A DNA stretch of 64,000 nucleotides. It comes from an uncultured Phycisphaerales bacterium. GTDB lineage: Bacteria > Planctomycetota > Phycisphaerae > Tepidisphaerales > Tepidisphaeraceae. The translations under genes and the position numbers were made by a program. Under the pieces are notes generated by a model. The model did not search any database. It was given only the letters and a program-made list of their open reading frames with translations, and was not told the origin of the DNA. The stretch spans positions 320,001-384,000 of the forward strand of contig CAWBWQ010000001.1 of NCBI GenBank assembly GCA_963792535.1, in the 5' to 3' direction. Of this stretch, positions 42,444-52,558 are shown piece after piece; position 1 is the first letter of the stretch, and every line of letters starts with the position of its first letter.

Positions 42444-43124
42444 ATGAAATTCACATACTACGGGCATTCATGCTTCTCCGTTTTTGCCGGCGGAAAAACG
42501 ATACTGTTTGATCCTTTTGTCACGCCTAATCCGTTGGCCGAAGCAATTGATATCGACACTATCAAGGCTGATTACATCATTGCCTCGCACGGCCATTTCG
42601 ATCACACAACTGATTTGATTCGCATTGCCCGGCGAACTGGCGCGAAGGTCCTGGGAAACTGGGAACTGTACCAGTGGTTTAACAAAAACCATCTCACAAA
42701 CACGCACCCGATCAACCCAGGCGGGCAATACACATTCGACTTTGGAACAGTTAAATGTTTCATCGCTCAACACTCCAGCAGTCTGCCCGATGGAAGTTAC
42801 GGCGGCACCGCGTGCGGGTTTGCAATTCGCACTCCCGATGGAAACTTTTATTACAGCGGTGACACCGCACTTACCACCGACATGCAGCTCGTTCCCGACT
42901 GGACGACACTCGACTTTGCGATTCTTCCCGTCGGCGACGGTTTAACCATGGGCGTGCAAGACGCGATCAAAGCATCGCGCCTCATCGGTGTAACAAAAGT
43001 TGTCGGCGTTCATTATGACACATTCGATTTCATCAAACTCGATCACTCAAAAGCTACCGAAGCGTTTCGAGAGGCAGGCGTGGCCCTTCATTTGCTCAGC
43101 GTCGGGAGCGTCACCGAAATATAA
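42444..43124 (+). CDS. UPF0173-type metal-dependent hydrolase (MBL fold)
   Basis: YYGHSCF, DPF, SHGHFDH, HSS, YYSGDT, HYDTF. Confidence 0.88.
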   Translation: MKFTYYGHSCFSVFAGGKTILFDPFVTPNPLAEAIDIDTIKADYIIASHGHFDHTTDLIRIARRTGAKVLGNWELYQWFNKNHLTNTHPINPGGQYTFDFGTVKCFIAQHSSSLPDGSYGGTACGFAIRTPDGNFYYSGDTALTTDMQLVPDWTTLDFAILPVGDGLTMGVQDAIKASRLIGVTKVVGVHYDTFDFIKLDHSKATEAFREAGVALHLLSVGSVTEI

Positions 43125-43138
43125 TCAACGGAGCGATC

Positions 43139-44365
43139 ATGCATTCTTTCATTACTCATTTCATCCTGGGAACAGCGGCTTTCGCCTGTCTCGGGGCGCT
43201 CGCATCAGCGGCCGCGCAACCGTCGTCGGAACCTCGCGACATAACAATCGTTCTGGTGCACGGCGCGTTTGCCGAATCTTCCAGCTGGGATGGCGTTATC
43301 TCCCGGCTTGTTCCCAGGGGTTATAATGTGATTGCCGTCGCTAATCCTCTTCGCGGTCTCCATAATGATTCGGCCTACGTAAAAACGGTGCTCGAAAATA
43401 TCAAAGGACCCATCGTGCTCGTAGGCCATTCATATGGTGGCTCGGTTATCACCGATGCCGCGGAGGGAATCGCAAATGTGAAGAGCCTGGTCTTTATCGA
43501 CGGGACGGCTCCGGATAGCGGTGAAAGTGCCGCGTCGCTTTCGGCGCAGTTTCCTGGTGGAACGCTCGGACCGGCGCTCGCGACCCCCGTTCCACTGCCC
43601 GATGGCGGGAAAGATCTCTACATTCAAAGGGAAAAGTTCCGATCTCAGTTCGCGGCGGATGTCCCCGAATCACAGACCATGCTGATGTTCGCAACCCAGC
43701 GACCGGTTACCGAAGCCGCGCTGAACGATCCGTCGGGAAGCCCGGCATGGAAGACGATTCCCTCCTGGTTCATTTATGGTGAACTCGACAGAAATATTCC
43801 TCCGGCCGCGCATGCCTTCATGGCCAGGCGAGCGGGCGCAATCGAGACGATCGAGGTGAATGGCGGATCGCACGTCGTGATGATTTCACATCCAGATGAA
43901 GTGGCCAGCCTCATCGAGCGTGCAGCGCAGTATCCATCGAAAGCGTCTGCCATGAATGAACCGCTTCATCCGCCGCTAAAGCCGGCCGCGGAGTTTGCGC
44001 CGACCGAGGATGAATTCAGTCCGGCACCGGTGATCCCGCTCGCCTCGCAGCTTCCCGCGCGACTCGTGGTCGACGCCCCTCGGCCCGAGCAGTTGGCAAG
44101 GGGTTACGTCGTCATCCGATACCGAACACAAAACCTGCGAATCATGCCGGTCTACGGCCCGGCCGCCCGGGATATCCTGCCCCGAATCGGACATCTGCAC
44201 ATTACCGTTGACGACTTTCCATGGCACTGGCTCGATTCAAGCGGCGAGCCAATCAGCATCAACGGGCTTAGCGCAGGACCGCACAAAGTTTTAATGGAAC
44301 TCGAAGATCCGACGCATAAGGTCATCGACAGTTCCACGGTACAATTTGAAATCCCACAGCACTAA
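43139..44365 (+). CDS. Secreted alpha/beta hydrolase fused to a C-terminal DUF6130-like domain
   Basis: VHGAFA, GHSYGG, SHV; C-terminal PRIGHLHITVDD.PWHW...GL..GPHKVL.EL.DPTH. Confidence 0.75.
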   Translation: MHSFITHFILGTAAFACLGALASAAAQPSSEPRDITIVLVHGAFAESSSWDGVISRLVPRGYNVIAVANPLRGLHNDSAYVKTVLENIKGPIVLVGHSYGGSVITDAAEGIANVKSLVFIDGTAPDSGESAASLSAQFPGGTLGPALATPVPLPDGGKDLYIQREKFRSQFAADVPESQTMLMFATQRPVTEAALNDPSGSPAWKTIPSWFIYGELDRNIPPAAHAFMARRAGAIETIEVNGGSHVVMISHPDEVASLIERAAQYPSKASAMNEPLHPPLKPAAEFAPTEDEFSPAPVIPLASQLPARLVVDAPRPEQLARGYVVIRYRTQNLRIMPVYGPAARDILPRIGHLHITVDDFPWHWLDSSGEPISINGLSAGPHKVLMELEDPTHKVIDSSTVQFEIPQH

Positions 44366-44380
44366 TCAGGAGAATGTCCC

Positions 44381-45136
44381 ATGTCTAAGAAACTAGAAGG
44401 TAAAGTTGCACTGGTCACCGGTGGAAGCAGCGGGCTGGGCCTGGCCTCGGCCAAACTTTTCGCCGCCGAAGGAGCGCGAGTTTTCATAACAGGTCGGCGA
44501 CAGGCCGAGCTGGACGCGGCAGTATCCATGATCGGCAACGATGTCGTCGGCGTGCAGGGCGATATCTCCAAGCTTGCGGATCTCGACCGGGTTTTCGAAA
44601 TCATTCGGCAAAAGGCCGGCCGGCTCGATGTGCTGTTCGCGAACGCCGGCGGCGGCAGTTTTCTTCCGCTCGGGCAGATCACCGAGGATCACTATTACAC
44701 GATCTTCGACAGTAACGTGAAGGGCACTCTTTTTACTGTACAGAAAGCGCTGCCGCTCATGCCCAGGGGAGCCGCGATCGTGCTGAATGGCTCGATGGTT
44801 TCGATCAAGGGGTTTGCGGCGTTCAGTGTGTACGCAGCGTCAAAAGCCGCGCTTCGCTCATTTGTCCGCTCGTGGTCAGTTGACCTGAAAGATCGAAAGA
44901 TCAGAATTAACATCGTTGCGCCGGGCACAGTTGTCACGCCCGGATACAAGACCCAGCTCGGCATGACCGACGAGCAGATTAAGGAGTTCGACGCCCAGGC
45001 GGCGGCAACCACCCCGCTGGGCCGAACAGGTACGCCCGAAGAAATCGCCAAAGCGGTTCTATTCCTGGCGTCTGATGATGGCAGCTACGTAAATGGAATC
45101 GAACTTTTCGTCGACGGCGGCGCTGCACAGGTATAA
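44381..45136 (+). CDS. SDR family oxidoreductase
   Basis: [16 protein letters not shown]. Confidence 0.92.
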   Translation: MSKKLEGKVALVTGGSSGLGLASAKLFAAEGARVFITGRRQAELDAAVSMIGNDVVGVQGDISKLADLDRVFEIIRQKAGRLDVLFANAGGGSFLPLGQITEDHYYTIFDSNVKGTLFTVQKALPLMPRGAAIVLNGSMVSIKGFAAFSVYAASKAALRSFVRSWSVDLKDRKIRINIVAPGTVVTPGYKTQLGMTDEQIKEFDAQAAATTPLGRTGTPEEIAKAVLFLASDDGSYVNGIELFVDGGAAQV

Positions 45137-45139
45137 ATC

Positions 45140-45751
45140 ATGTCGGATCCACACGAGCCCATTCCCGGATACACCTATGGCACTTCGCAAGTTTGCCGAT
45201 GCCCGATTACGTTGGATCAACTCGATGAATTGCGACTGAGCAGCGGCTTTGCTGCAGAGGACCAGCATCAGTTGCAACTCGCGGGGAAAGTTCTGGCAAG
45301 GCAGACTGCGCAAATCGTCAACCACTGGCGAAGCCAGATCATTGCCAGCATTCCACACCTGGCGAGGCATTCGCAAACGCCGGATAAAAAGCCGATTCCC
45401 CAATACTTGGCGGCCAGTAACCTGCGATTCGAACAGTGGATACTCGACACATGCCTGCGGCCCTACGATCAGGACTGGCTCGACTACCAATTCGAGATTG
45501 CCGTCCGGCATACCAGCAGGAAAAAGAACACGGTCGACGCGGTTGTGTCTACACCGTACGTCCCGCTGCGTGATGTGATGGCGTTTGTCGCGGTCATGAA
45601 CCAGACGATCAAACCGTACCTGGCTGCCGATGGTCAAAGCGCCGATCAGGTCGAACTGATGCACCGCGCCTGGTGCAAGTCTTTACATATTCAGCTGGCG
45701 ATCTGGGCGCGAGCGTACGATGAGCTCGCGCGACCCGGCGACGAGTGGTAA
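45140..45751 (+). CDS. Protoglobin-domain protein
   Basis: IPGYTYG N-terminus, RFEQWILDTC.RPYDQDWLDYQ.EI..RH...KKN..D, MH.AW.K. Confidence 0.88.
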   Translation: MSDPHEPIPGYTYGTSQVCRCPITLDQLDELRLSSGFAAEDQHQLQLAGKVLARQTAQIVNHWRSQIIASIPHLARHSQTPDKKPIPQYLAASNLRFEQWILDTCLRPYDQDWLDYQFEIAVRHTSRKKNTVDAVVSTPYVPLRDVMAFVAVMNQTIKPYLAADGQSADQVELMHRAWCKSLHIQLAIWARAYDELARPGDEW

Positions 45752-45805
45752 CTCGGTGACGAACGCCGCCGCACGGCCTACAGTCTGAAGACCGGAGCAT
45801 TGCCG

Positions 45806-46417
45806 ATGCAGGAATTTCCCAGCGACGTTGCGTTCACACCCTCGGTAAAGTCCATTCAGGAATTGAAAGGATCCCGTCGCAGCTACGCTCGCATGGAGCG
45901 CGGCCACGGATGGGAAACAACGGTGACGCCGGAACTGGAGGAATTCCTTGCCGATCTCGACATGTTCTACCTCGGTACGGCGAACGCGCAGGGGCAACCG
46001 TACATTCAGTACCGCGGCGGCGCGCCTGGATTCCTGAAAGTGATCGACGCGCACACGCTGGGTTTTGCAGACTTCGCCGGCAACCAGCAATACATCACCC
46101 TCGGCAACCTCGCCGAGAATTCCAGGGCGTTTATCTTCCTCATGGACTACGCGAACAGCCGGCGTGTGAAACTCTGGGGAACCGCAAAGATTATCGAGAA
46201 TGATCCCGCGCTGCTGACGCGCCTTAATGATCCCGCCGAGCCTGGCACGCCACAGCGTGCAATTTTATTCAGCATCCAGGCCTGGGACATCAACTGTCCG
46301 CAGCATATTCACAAGCGGTTCTCTCAGCGACAGATCACACCGATCGTGGAGGGGCTCCAACAGCGGATACGCGAACTCGAATCAAAGATCGCATCAATGC
46401 AGCGGAACAATTCGTGA
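45806..46417 (+). CDS. Pyridoxamine 5'-phosphate oxidase-like FMN-binding protein
   Basis: FYLGT....G.PYIQYRGG.PGFLKV, DFAGN.QYI..GNL, D.NCPQHI. Confidence 0.85.
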   Translation: MQEFPSDVAFTPSVKSIQELKGSRRSYARMERGHGWETTVTPELEEFLADLDMFYLGTANAQGQPYIQYRGGAPGFLKVIDAHTLGFADFAGNQQYITLGNLAENSRAFIFLMDYANSRRVKLWGTAKIIENDPALLTRLNDPAEPGTPQRAILFSIQAWDINCPQHIHKRFSQRQITPIVEGLQQRIRELESKIASMQRNNS

Positions 46418-46549
46418 AGTACGCGCTCAGGCGTCGAGCAATCCAACCTCTGCGATATCCATTGAGATCCAGGCCGGTCGATCACCAAGTCGCAGCGCGA
46501 CGAACACCTTCTTAGCCAACTCGATCAAAGTCTGGGGTTCAGCCTCTTA

Positions 46550-47569
46550 GCGAGTTACACCATCCACGGCTGCGGCTCTCCAGAGCGTTCGACGGTAGCT
46601 GAAGCTGTGGTGAATTCTGCGACAGTTGTGGTGCTTGAACCCACCGCGCTCGGGACGATGTTCCTCTTAGATGTATATTTCGGGTTTGTGCTTTATGACA
46701 ATATGTCTAACTGGCCATTTAAGTGCTTGGTTTCAGAAAGAACTATCGAAGAATTGGAGAACTATTTAGAAAGCCTGTCTTCCAATAATGATCGCATGGG
46801 ATCTGAACGGTACGGAGGGAAGATTGTCCCGCGAATCATATCGTCCGAGCAGCTCTCCCAAGTCGCCGCAAAACTACGTCCGAAATTGGAACGCCTGATT
46901 GCTTCGGTCAAACAGCATTGCGAAATTGTTCCCGGCTCAACACTTTCCAATATTCCTACCGCCCACCGGGAGGCAATTCGCTGCTTCGGCGCTGCCGGTG
47001 CAGAGTCAGTTGAGATTGCCAAAGCGCGCGATGCCGTTCTGTGGACCGATGATCATGTCATTTCCGAACTGTCAACGATCGAGACCGGCTGCAAATGTAC
47101 TTGGACGCAAATTGCATGCAAAAGCGCCATATTTCGCAATCAGCCGAATATGTATCAAAAGGCGTCAATCTTCCTGCTTTCCCTCAAATATGATCCGACA
47201 TCTTTCAGCTTCGAAGATGCCGTCTGGGCGGCAGAGGAGGCGAGATGGAACACAAATTTGTCACCGTTCGCAGCAGTAATAAAATGTCTTGGACGGCCAT
47301 CTATCCCCATTGAGCAAATACTTGGGCTCGCGACGGTCCTCATGAAAGCTGTTTGGTCAAGTCCCATATATGGTTTACAAGCGACAGACTATACCTTGAT
47401 AATGCTCAGCGAAATCAAGCGCCGAGAGCCGAGTCTTAACAGTATTCGTCACCTCCAGCTCTTCATCGATCGATTATTTGGCCTAAACGTCATTGCCGCC
47501 GCGAACGTTCACAGAGTATTTGATAACTGGCTCGCCGCAAACCGTCAGGGCGGAATTATTATCCCATAA
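46550..47569 (+). pseudogene. N-terminally truncated PIN-like nuclease domain (resembles the C-terminus of large TPR-GreAB-PIN conflict proteins)
   Basis: VVLEPTAL...L and LWTDD motifs; the frame is open upstream of 46607 with no ATG or RBS; visibly lower GC. Confidence 0.5.
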
Positions 47570-47689
47570 GAAGAAGCCCCGCTGTGTTGGCGGTTATCGT
47601 TCTGTATGGAGATCCGTATTGGCTGGCTCGTCAAGCCGGTGATGTGGCGAGCAGGCAATGGCAGCGAACTTTCAATCTGAATAAATATC

Positions 47690-49059
47690 TCATGCTGAAA
47701 CGAAACCATAGTGCTTGCCTAGCCAGAGAACACACTCGTCAAATTGGTCCTGCGATGGCTTGATGTAGAATTTCTCGGCGACACTGCGCGGGGCGTGACC
47801 GAGGAAATACTGGGAGTATCGCGCAAAATCTTTGTGGTGGCCGATTAGCGTTGCTGATGTAGCGCGAATTTGCTTCAACGACCGGATGTTCTTTTTGGCG
47901 ATTTTGGAATCGCGGCAGTGTGCGCGATATGCCTTGTCAATCAGGTCCACGTCGCATCCCTTGTAGGTTACAGGGTCAATTTTGTTGTACGCAATTTGTC
48001 CGCCGTCGCTGCTTGTAAATGCTAAGTCGCCACTCTTGTGCGCGTTTTTGCGCAGAAGTTCCAGTGTCAAGGGCCAGAGCTTCCATTGGACCTTTACTTT
48101 CCCGGTTTCGTTTGTTGAGGATGCGCCTCGTTTCTTCTTCCGTTTTGAGCGTATGCGGGTGATGGTGCCTGCGGCGAAATCGATTTCGTTGTTCCTCAAA
48201 TCTCCGACATCCATTGCGGTCATTCCGCAATTGGCCATCAGCAGAAGGTGAACCTTCAATGGTTCTGGCGCGGAGTTTATGATTCCGGCCAGGTTCTTAG
48301 CGTCGAAGACCTTGATTTCCTTTTGCTCGACGTAGATGGTCAGTTCTTTTGAATTGATGTTTCGCGGCAACTCAATCAAGTTTAATTCCCAGGCCCAACG
48401 GATGAATTGTTTGGCAACCTGCAATCGGTCGCGAGCGGCGTAGTCGGTCAATTGGCCGGTCGCCATGTCGTTCACGGTTTTGGCGTGGAAGTCAAAAAGC
48501 GTCATCGCTGTGATGTCTTTGACGGGTCGGTCTGCCCCGACGAATGCCTTGAACTGCTTAAGGTACGTGACCAGATTGATTGCCCGGCCCGCGCTTTTCA
48601 TGCCGGTTACTGCTTGGCTGACTTTGAAGTCCAGAAACTTCTTGACGATGATTTCCATCGTGTCATGTTTCGGGGCGGCAGCAGCGGCCAGCCGGTCGCG
48701 CTCCATCGCAAGCCAAGCCGAAACTTCTGTAGCACCATATCGCTGAAGCTGGGCGTCTTGCTCTTTCCAACCGAGAACCTTCAGCGTTGCGTCCTCTTGG
48801 GTCCGGGCTTCATCGACCATGAGCTTTTTAATGATTCGCAGGTCATCTTTCTGAACTGGCGGGAACGAAGACGCGGCAACTTTTGGAGCATTCTCAAGCT
48901 CTTGGTTTTTCTCGTCCCACCATGCGAGCGAGTTTGAGTAGCCGTCCCAGTCCGTGGTTTTGCCCGGCACTTGATGGGGCAGTAGTAGCGGCGGCCATCT
49001 TTCTTGGCGTACCAACACTGCCGTGGCGGATGCCACGTCATCTTGAACTTGCGAGCCAT
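47690..49059 (-). CDS. Tyrosine recombinase/integrase (left of the tRNA); frameshift ~48965
   Basis: LLMANCGM...D...L...EID, R.K, KQIR, LGH and KFY; arm-binding-like N-terminus MARKFKMTW...W.AKKDGRRYY. Confidence 0.8.
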
Positions 49060-49134
49060 CGTGACCATTTCCCGGTGCATCATTCCGCAGTATGGGCGAA
49101 ACTTATCACCTGTATATGGCCCCGATTCTGGACA

Positions 49135-49183
49135 GAAAGGGTTACAGATTTGGTTACGGCTGTAACCCTCTGAAAGGGTTACA
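49135..49183. repeat. GGTTAC(A) cluster, candidate arm-type integrase sites
   Basis: GAAAGGGTTACA at 49135-49146 and 49172-49183, TGGTTAC at 49151, inverted TGTAACCCT at 49161. Confidence 0.65.
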
Positions 49184-49221
49184 AACAAAAACGCCGCTAA
49201 CCTCTTTGGTTAACGGCGTTT
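49184..49221 (-). terminator. Terminator downstream of tRNA-Gly
   Basis: Hairpin AAACGCCG.TAACC/GGTTA.CGGCGTTT followed by a T-rich tract on the minus strand. Confidence 0.7.
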
Positions 49222-49226
49222 AAGGA

Positions 49227-49298
49227 AGCGGGCGAAGGGGGTCGAACCCTCGACATTCACGTTGGCAACGTGACGCTCTACCACTGAGCTACGCCCGC
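49227..49298 (-). tRNA. tRNA-Gly(GCC), CCA not encoded
   Basis: Reverse complement GCGGGCGTAGCTCAGTGGTAGAGCGTCACGTTGCCAACGTGAATGTCGAGGGTTCGACCCCCTTCGCCCGCT folds as a cloverleaf. Confidence 0.97.
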
Positions 49299-49301
49299 GA
49301 G
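49277..49301. repeat. att core, left copy (within the tRNA 5' part)
   Basis: TCTACCACTGAGCTACGCCCGCGAG, identical to 56785-56809. Confidence 0.92.
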
Positions 49302-49345
49302 CTAAGTCCTTATCTAATCAGGACTTACATTCATGCCAAAACCAC

Positions 49346-49366
49346 TTTTTGCCACTGTTTTTGCCA
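49346..49366. repeat. Arm-type repeat, left copy
   Basis: TTTTTGCCACTGTTTTTGCCA, identical to 56725-56745. Confidence 0.85.
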
Positions 49367-49428
49367 CCAAAATCGGTGTTTTCGCCAATCTGGGGTATAA
49401 TGCCGTTCACCAGAACGGAGCAAGCAAC

Positions 49429-50722
49429 ATGGCGAAAATTGGCAGAAAGCAAAAACATCATCAATCCGAGACAGAGGGTACCATCGTAGGATTGACCCGT
49501 CAACCGGATGGAAGGTGGCGCATCATCGAAGGGCCGAAGGCAGGGTTTCGATTTACGGAACCGGATGAGGCAAGGGCAATCGCCAAGTTCCGCCAGTTGA
49601 CCACCGGTCAGACGCCGATGGTATGGATCGGCGACGCACCTGCAAAGTCACAGCTACAAGTCACTGACCAGGACACAGCAGCGGCGGGGGCCATCAACGT
49701 CGACCTGGCTGGTAGATCGGGCCTGCCGGAGGATTTTATTTACCCGATCATGCGGGAATTGCTTCTGGCCGATCCTGCCAAGTGCGCCCGCCTCTGCGGA
49801 ATCCCCGCGCTGACAAATCTGCTGCATATGGACACACCAAAGGATGCAATCAGCATCGATGCACTCACCGCCGCTTATGAATTATTCTCGCCCAGCAAGA
49901 GCAAAGCCCGCACGGTGGAGATTTTCAAGCAGATGGCCCGTCGCACGCAAGTCAAGCTGCTGGCAGAGTTGACGGTGGAGAAGCTGGGAGACTACCGCAT
50001 GCACATTGAAGGCGGAAGCACCAACGGCGGTGCGAAGGCTTGGAAATACGGGCAGATCAAAGCCGTGCTGAGTTTCGGATTGAAGGCGGGTCTCGATCCG
50101 ATTCAGATTCGTGCGGCACTGGACCGCGCCAAGATTTTGTGGACGTCCGACAAAGCACCGGACCCCAAGCCCAACCCTATCAGCCGGGAAGATTTTCACA
50201 AGCTGCTGGCAGCATCGACGCAGGCAAACAACTGGCGGGCTTGGTTGTTGGCGGGCTTGAACTTGTGCCTACACATGGGCGAGGTCATCGCGATGAAGTG
50301 GGATACCATCGACCTCGAATCCGGCACGCACGCCGCGATCCGGGAAAAAACCAAGACCGTACGCGCAGGCCGTCCTTTGGCCTGAAACCATCGAAGCATT
50401 GAAGGCGATGCCCAGGAACGGAAGTCCATATGTCTTCCCGTCGCGACACGGAACGAAGTTTAATCGCAACAGCCGGGGCAATATGTTTGGTGAGCTTCGT
50501 GAGCGGGCTGGCGTAGATGCTTCAGTCAGTTTCGATGGCATCAGAGATGCAGCGTACACCGCCGCAGTCAGTGACCCCACGGTCGAAGAAAGATTTGCCA
50601 GGGTCATGGCTGGCCATAAATCGGCTGGCCTGCAAGATCGGTATGTTTTGCGGAACCCCCGATGCACTGCCGGCGCTTGTGATGCAGTCTACCGAGCCTA
50701 TGGACCATTTCCGACCGCATGA
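49429..50722 (+). CDS. Tyrosine recombinase/integrase of the right element; frameshift ~50370
   Basis: LAGLNLCLHMGEV..MKW..ID, IREKT, LWPET..AL, YVF, DGIR, AGH, DRY; GGAG RBS and TATAAT at 49396. Confidence 0.85.
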
Positions 50723-50759
50723 CACTTCCCGGCGACCTGCCTAGCAACATAACTATCAC

Positions 50760-50790
50760 ACCCCGCCATATAATATGAGCGGGGTTTTTT
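50760..50790 (+). terminator. Terminator after the integrase
   Basis: ACCCCGC...GCGGGGT stem followed by a T tract. Confidence 0.75.
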
Positions 50791-51119
50791 ACGGCGCTGT
50801 GTCTACAGAGTACTCACACAGGTCATCAGCCCTTGATGACTCTGTTTACCACTAAAAAGCCATCGGGCCGCGATGACTATCATAGACCAAAATATATATT
50901 ATTTTGATGAGGCTTGAACGACTTAACTATATGGATTTTCCGCAGAAAACGAGGGTTTTAACTTACTGCCGAACTCGCCTAAAAGTTACTACATAATCGA
51001 CTCGCTTTTAATGCTGGACAAGCTCAGCCTACGAGATACATTGACCGCGCCCGATGGCTGGCGTGTGCTGGTCCGGGGCATAGGTTAGCGGTGAACGCGA
51101 ATAACGAAGGAGTCTGATT

Positions 51120-51443
51120 ATGTTGACGAGTAGTGAAGAGCGACAGTTGAAGGATGGAATAACCGTAGGACAATCTAAGCGGCAAGACGGTGGTACCGAC
51201 CCAGATGATATAGAAAGAATACAAAATGCCCTACGTGAGGACCTATACGCATTTTCAGACCTTCCACAAGGTAGCTCTGCATACACTGCCGGCGAACGAT
51301 TTGCGTTTCTAGTGTTGCCGTCCATCGACGGCGACCGGGTTGCCGCTGCAGATTTCTGGGAAGCAGAGATCGGAATCGGCAATCCGCCTGACGCATTTGT
51401 CGACGGTTATGCAAGAGGCATTTCTGGCCAAGACTGCGAATAG
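51120..51443 (+). CDS. Hypothetical protein (element cargo)
   Basis: AAGGAG RBS, 107-aa acidic ORF. Confidence 0.6.
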   Translation: MLTSSEERQLKDGITVGQSKRQDGGTDPDDIERIQNALREDLYAFSDLPQGSSAYTAGERFAFLVLPSIDGDRVAAADFWEAEIGIGNPPDAFVDGYARGISGQDCE

Positions 51444-51511
51444 CCGGGTGCTGGACTAACTTGCGCATGTCGGTGCGAGTGCCACAACCTAACAGCTTGA
51501 AAGCAAATACA

Positions 51512-51835
51512 ATGAAAACGATGACACATTCGGCAAGCCACTGCCCTCAGCTCCTCATTACAAGTTTCAGTACAACAGTAACGGCACACCTGACAAGCGC
51601 AGCATGGTGCCGATGGGCAGCCCTGTTAGCCCCGCACTGGAAGCTGTGCGGTGTGCATGCCAACATCACCCTGCATCGCGATATCCTTGTCGCCGTGGTG
51701 GATGATGAACCTAATGCAGTGCGCTACGACTTACTCGTCGCAGCACGCCAGGCCCTGGGGCTTTCCGACCCGGAGATGACCCAAGAGAGAACCCTATTAA
51801 CGAGGATGAATGGGAAACGATTTGGGGCGAGCTGA
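51512..51835 (+). CDS. Hypothetical protein (element cargo)
   Basis: Co-directional ORF; no recognisable motif. Confidence 0.4.
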   Translation: MKTMTHSASHCPQLLITSFSTTVTAHLTSAAWCRWAALLAPHWKLCGVHANITLHRDILVAVVDDEPNAVRYDLLVAARQALGLSDPEMTQERTLLTRMNGKRFGAS

Positions 51836-51917
51836 ACTAGTATGTGGGTGCCAAACTAATCTACTCTTACCCGGGGAAAACTTGCTGCTTTTACCCGATT
51901 TACTTTTAGAGGACGTG

Positions 51918-52385
51918 ATGATCGGCGGGAAACTCTTCCGGAACGTCCGAGGCTTTTACGAGGCGAGCAATGGCAAACGACAAGGAATTTGCGATCGAAA
52001 GAAATATCATCGGACAGCCGGAATTTTACGTCTGGCTAGAAGGGCCGGGATGGTCTGTGCGCGAATAGTGACCGTTACTGACCCGACGATTGACGTCAAA
52101 GAGTTGATGAGGCGGATAGCAGGAAAAAGTCCGGAAACATCGAACAGCGCCGAGATGCTACTGCCATGGTTGGACGAGGGGCAGATTATTTATGTGGAGG
52201 GTGACCGGCAGATTATTGTAGCGAAGTGGACCACTGATTACGGCCAGATGAATGTAGAGACTGACGCGACGGTTTCTTTCGGCGATAATCAAGACATCAC
52301 CACTGCGGACCTCGATACCGCATCAATCCAGGTTTCAGAATTGATGCGTGGACGCATCACACTTAGCCCATTCCACCAAAAATAG
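51918..52385 (+). CDS. Hypothetical protein (element cargo)
   Basis: GAGG RBS; no recognisable motif. Confidence 0.45.
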   Translation: MIGGKLFRNVRGFYEASNGKRQGICDRKKYHRTAGILRLARRAGMVCARIVTVTDPTIDVKELMRRIAGKSPETSNSAEMLLPWLDEGQIIYVEGDRQIIVAKWTTDYGQMNVETDATVSFGDNQDITTADLDTASIQVSELMRGRITLSPFHQK

Positions 52386-52558
52386 ATTGCACCACATAGG
52401 GGGGTGAGCGGAGCGATCCTCCCTACCATCTGGCATCATCCAGCGTACACGCGAGGATGATTCCTGATCTTGCTTACTGGGTTTCTCTAATTGGTTCGTG
52501 CGCAGGTAATATATACTAGCATGCATAATATTGGTCGTGAGGGGAAAAATCGGGGATA

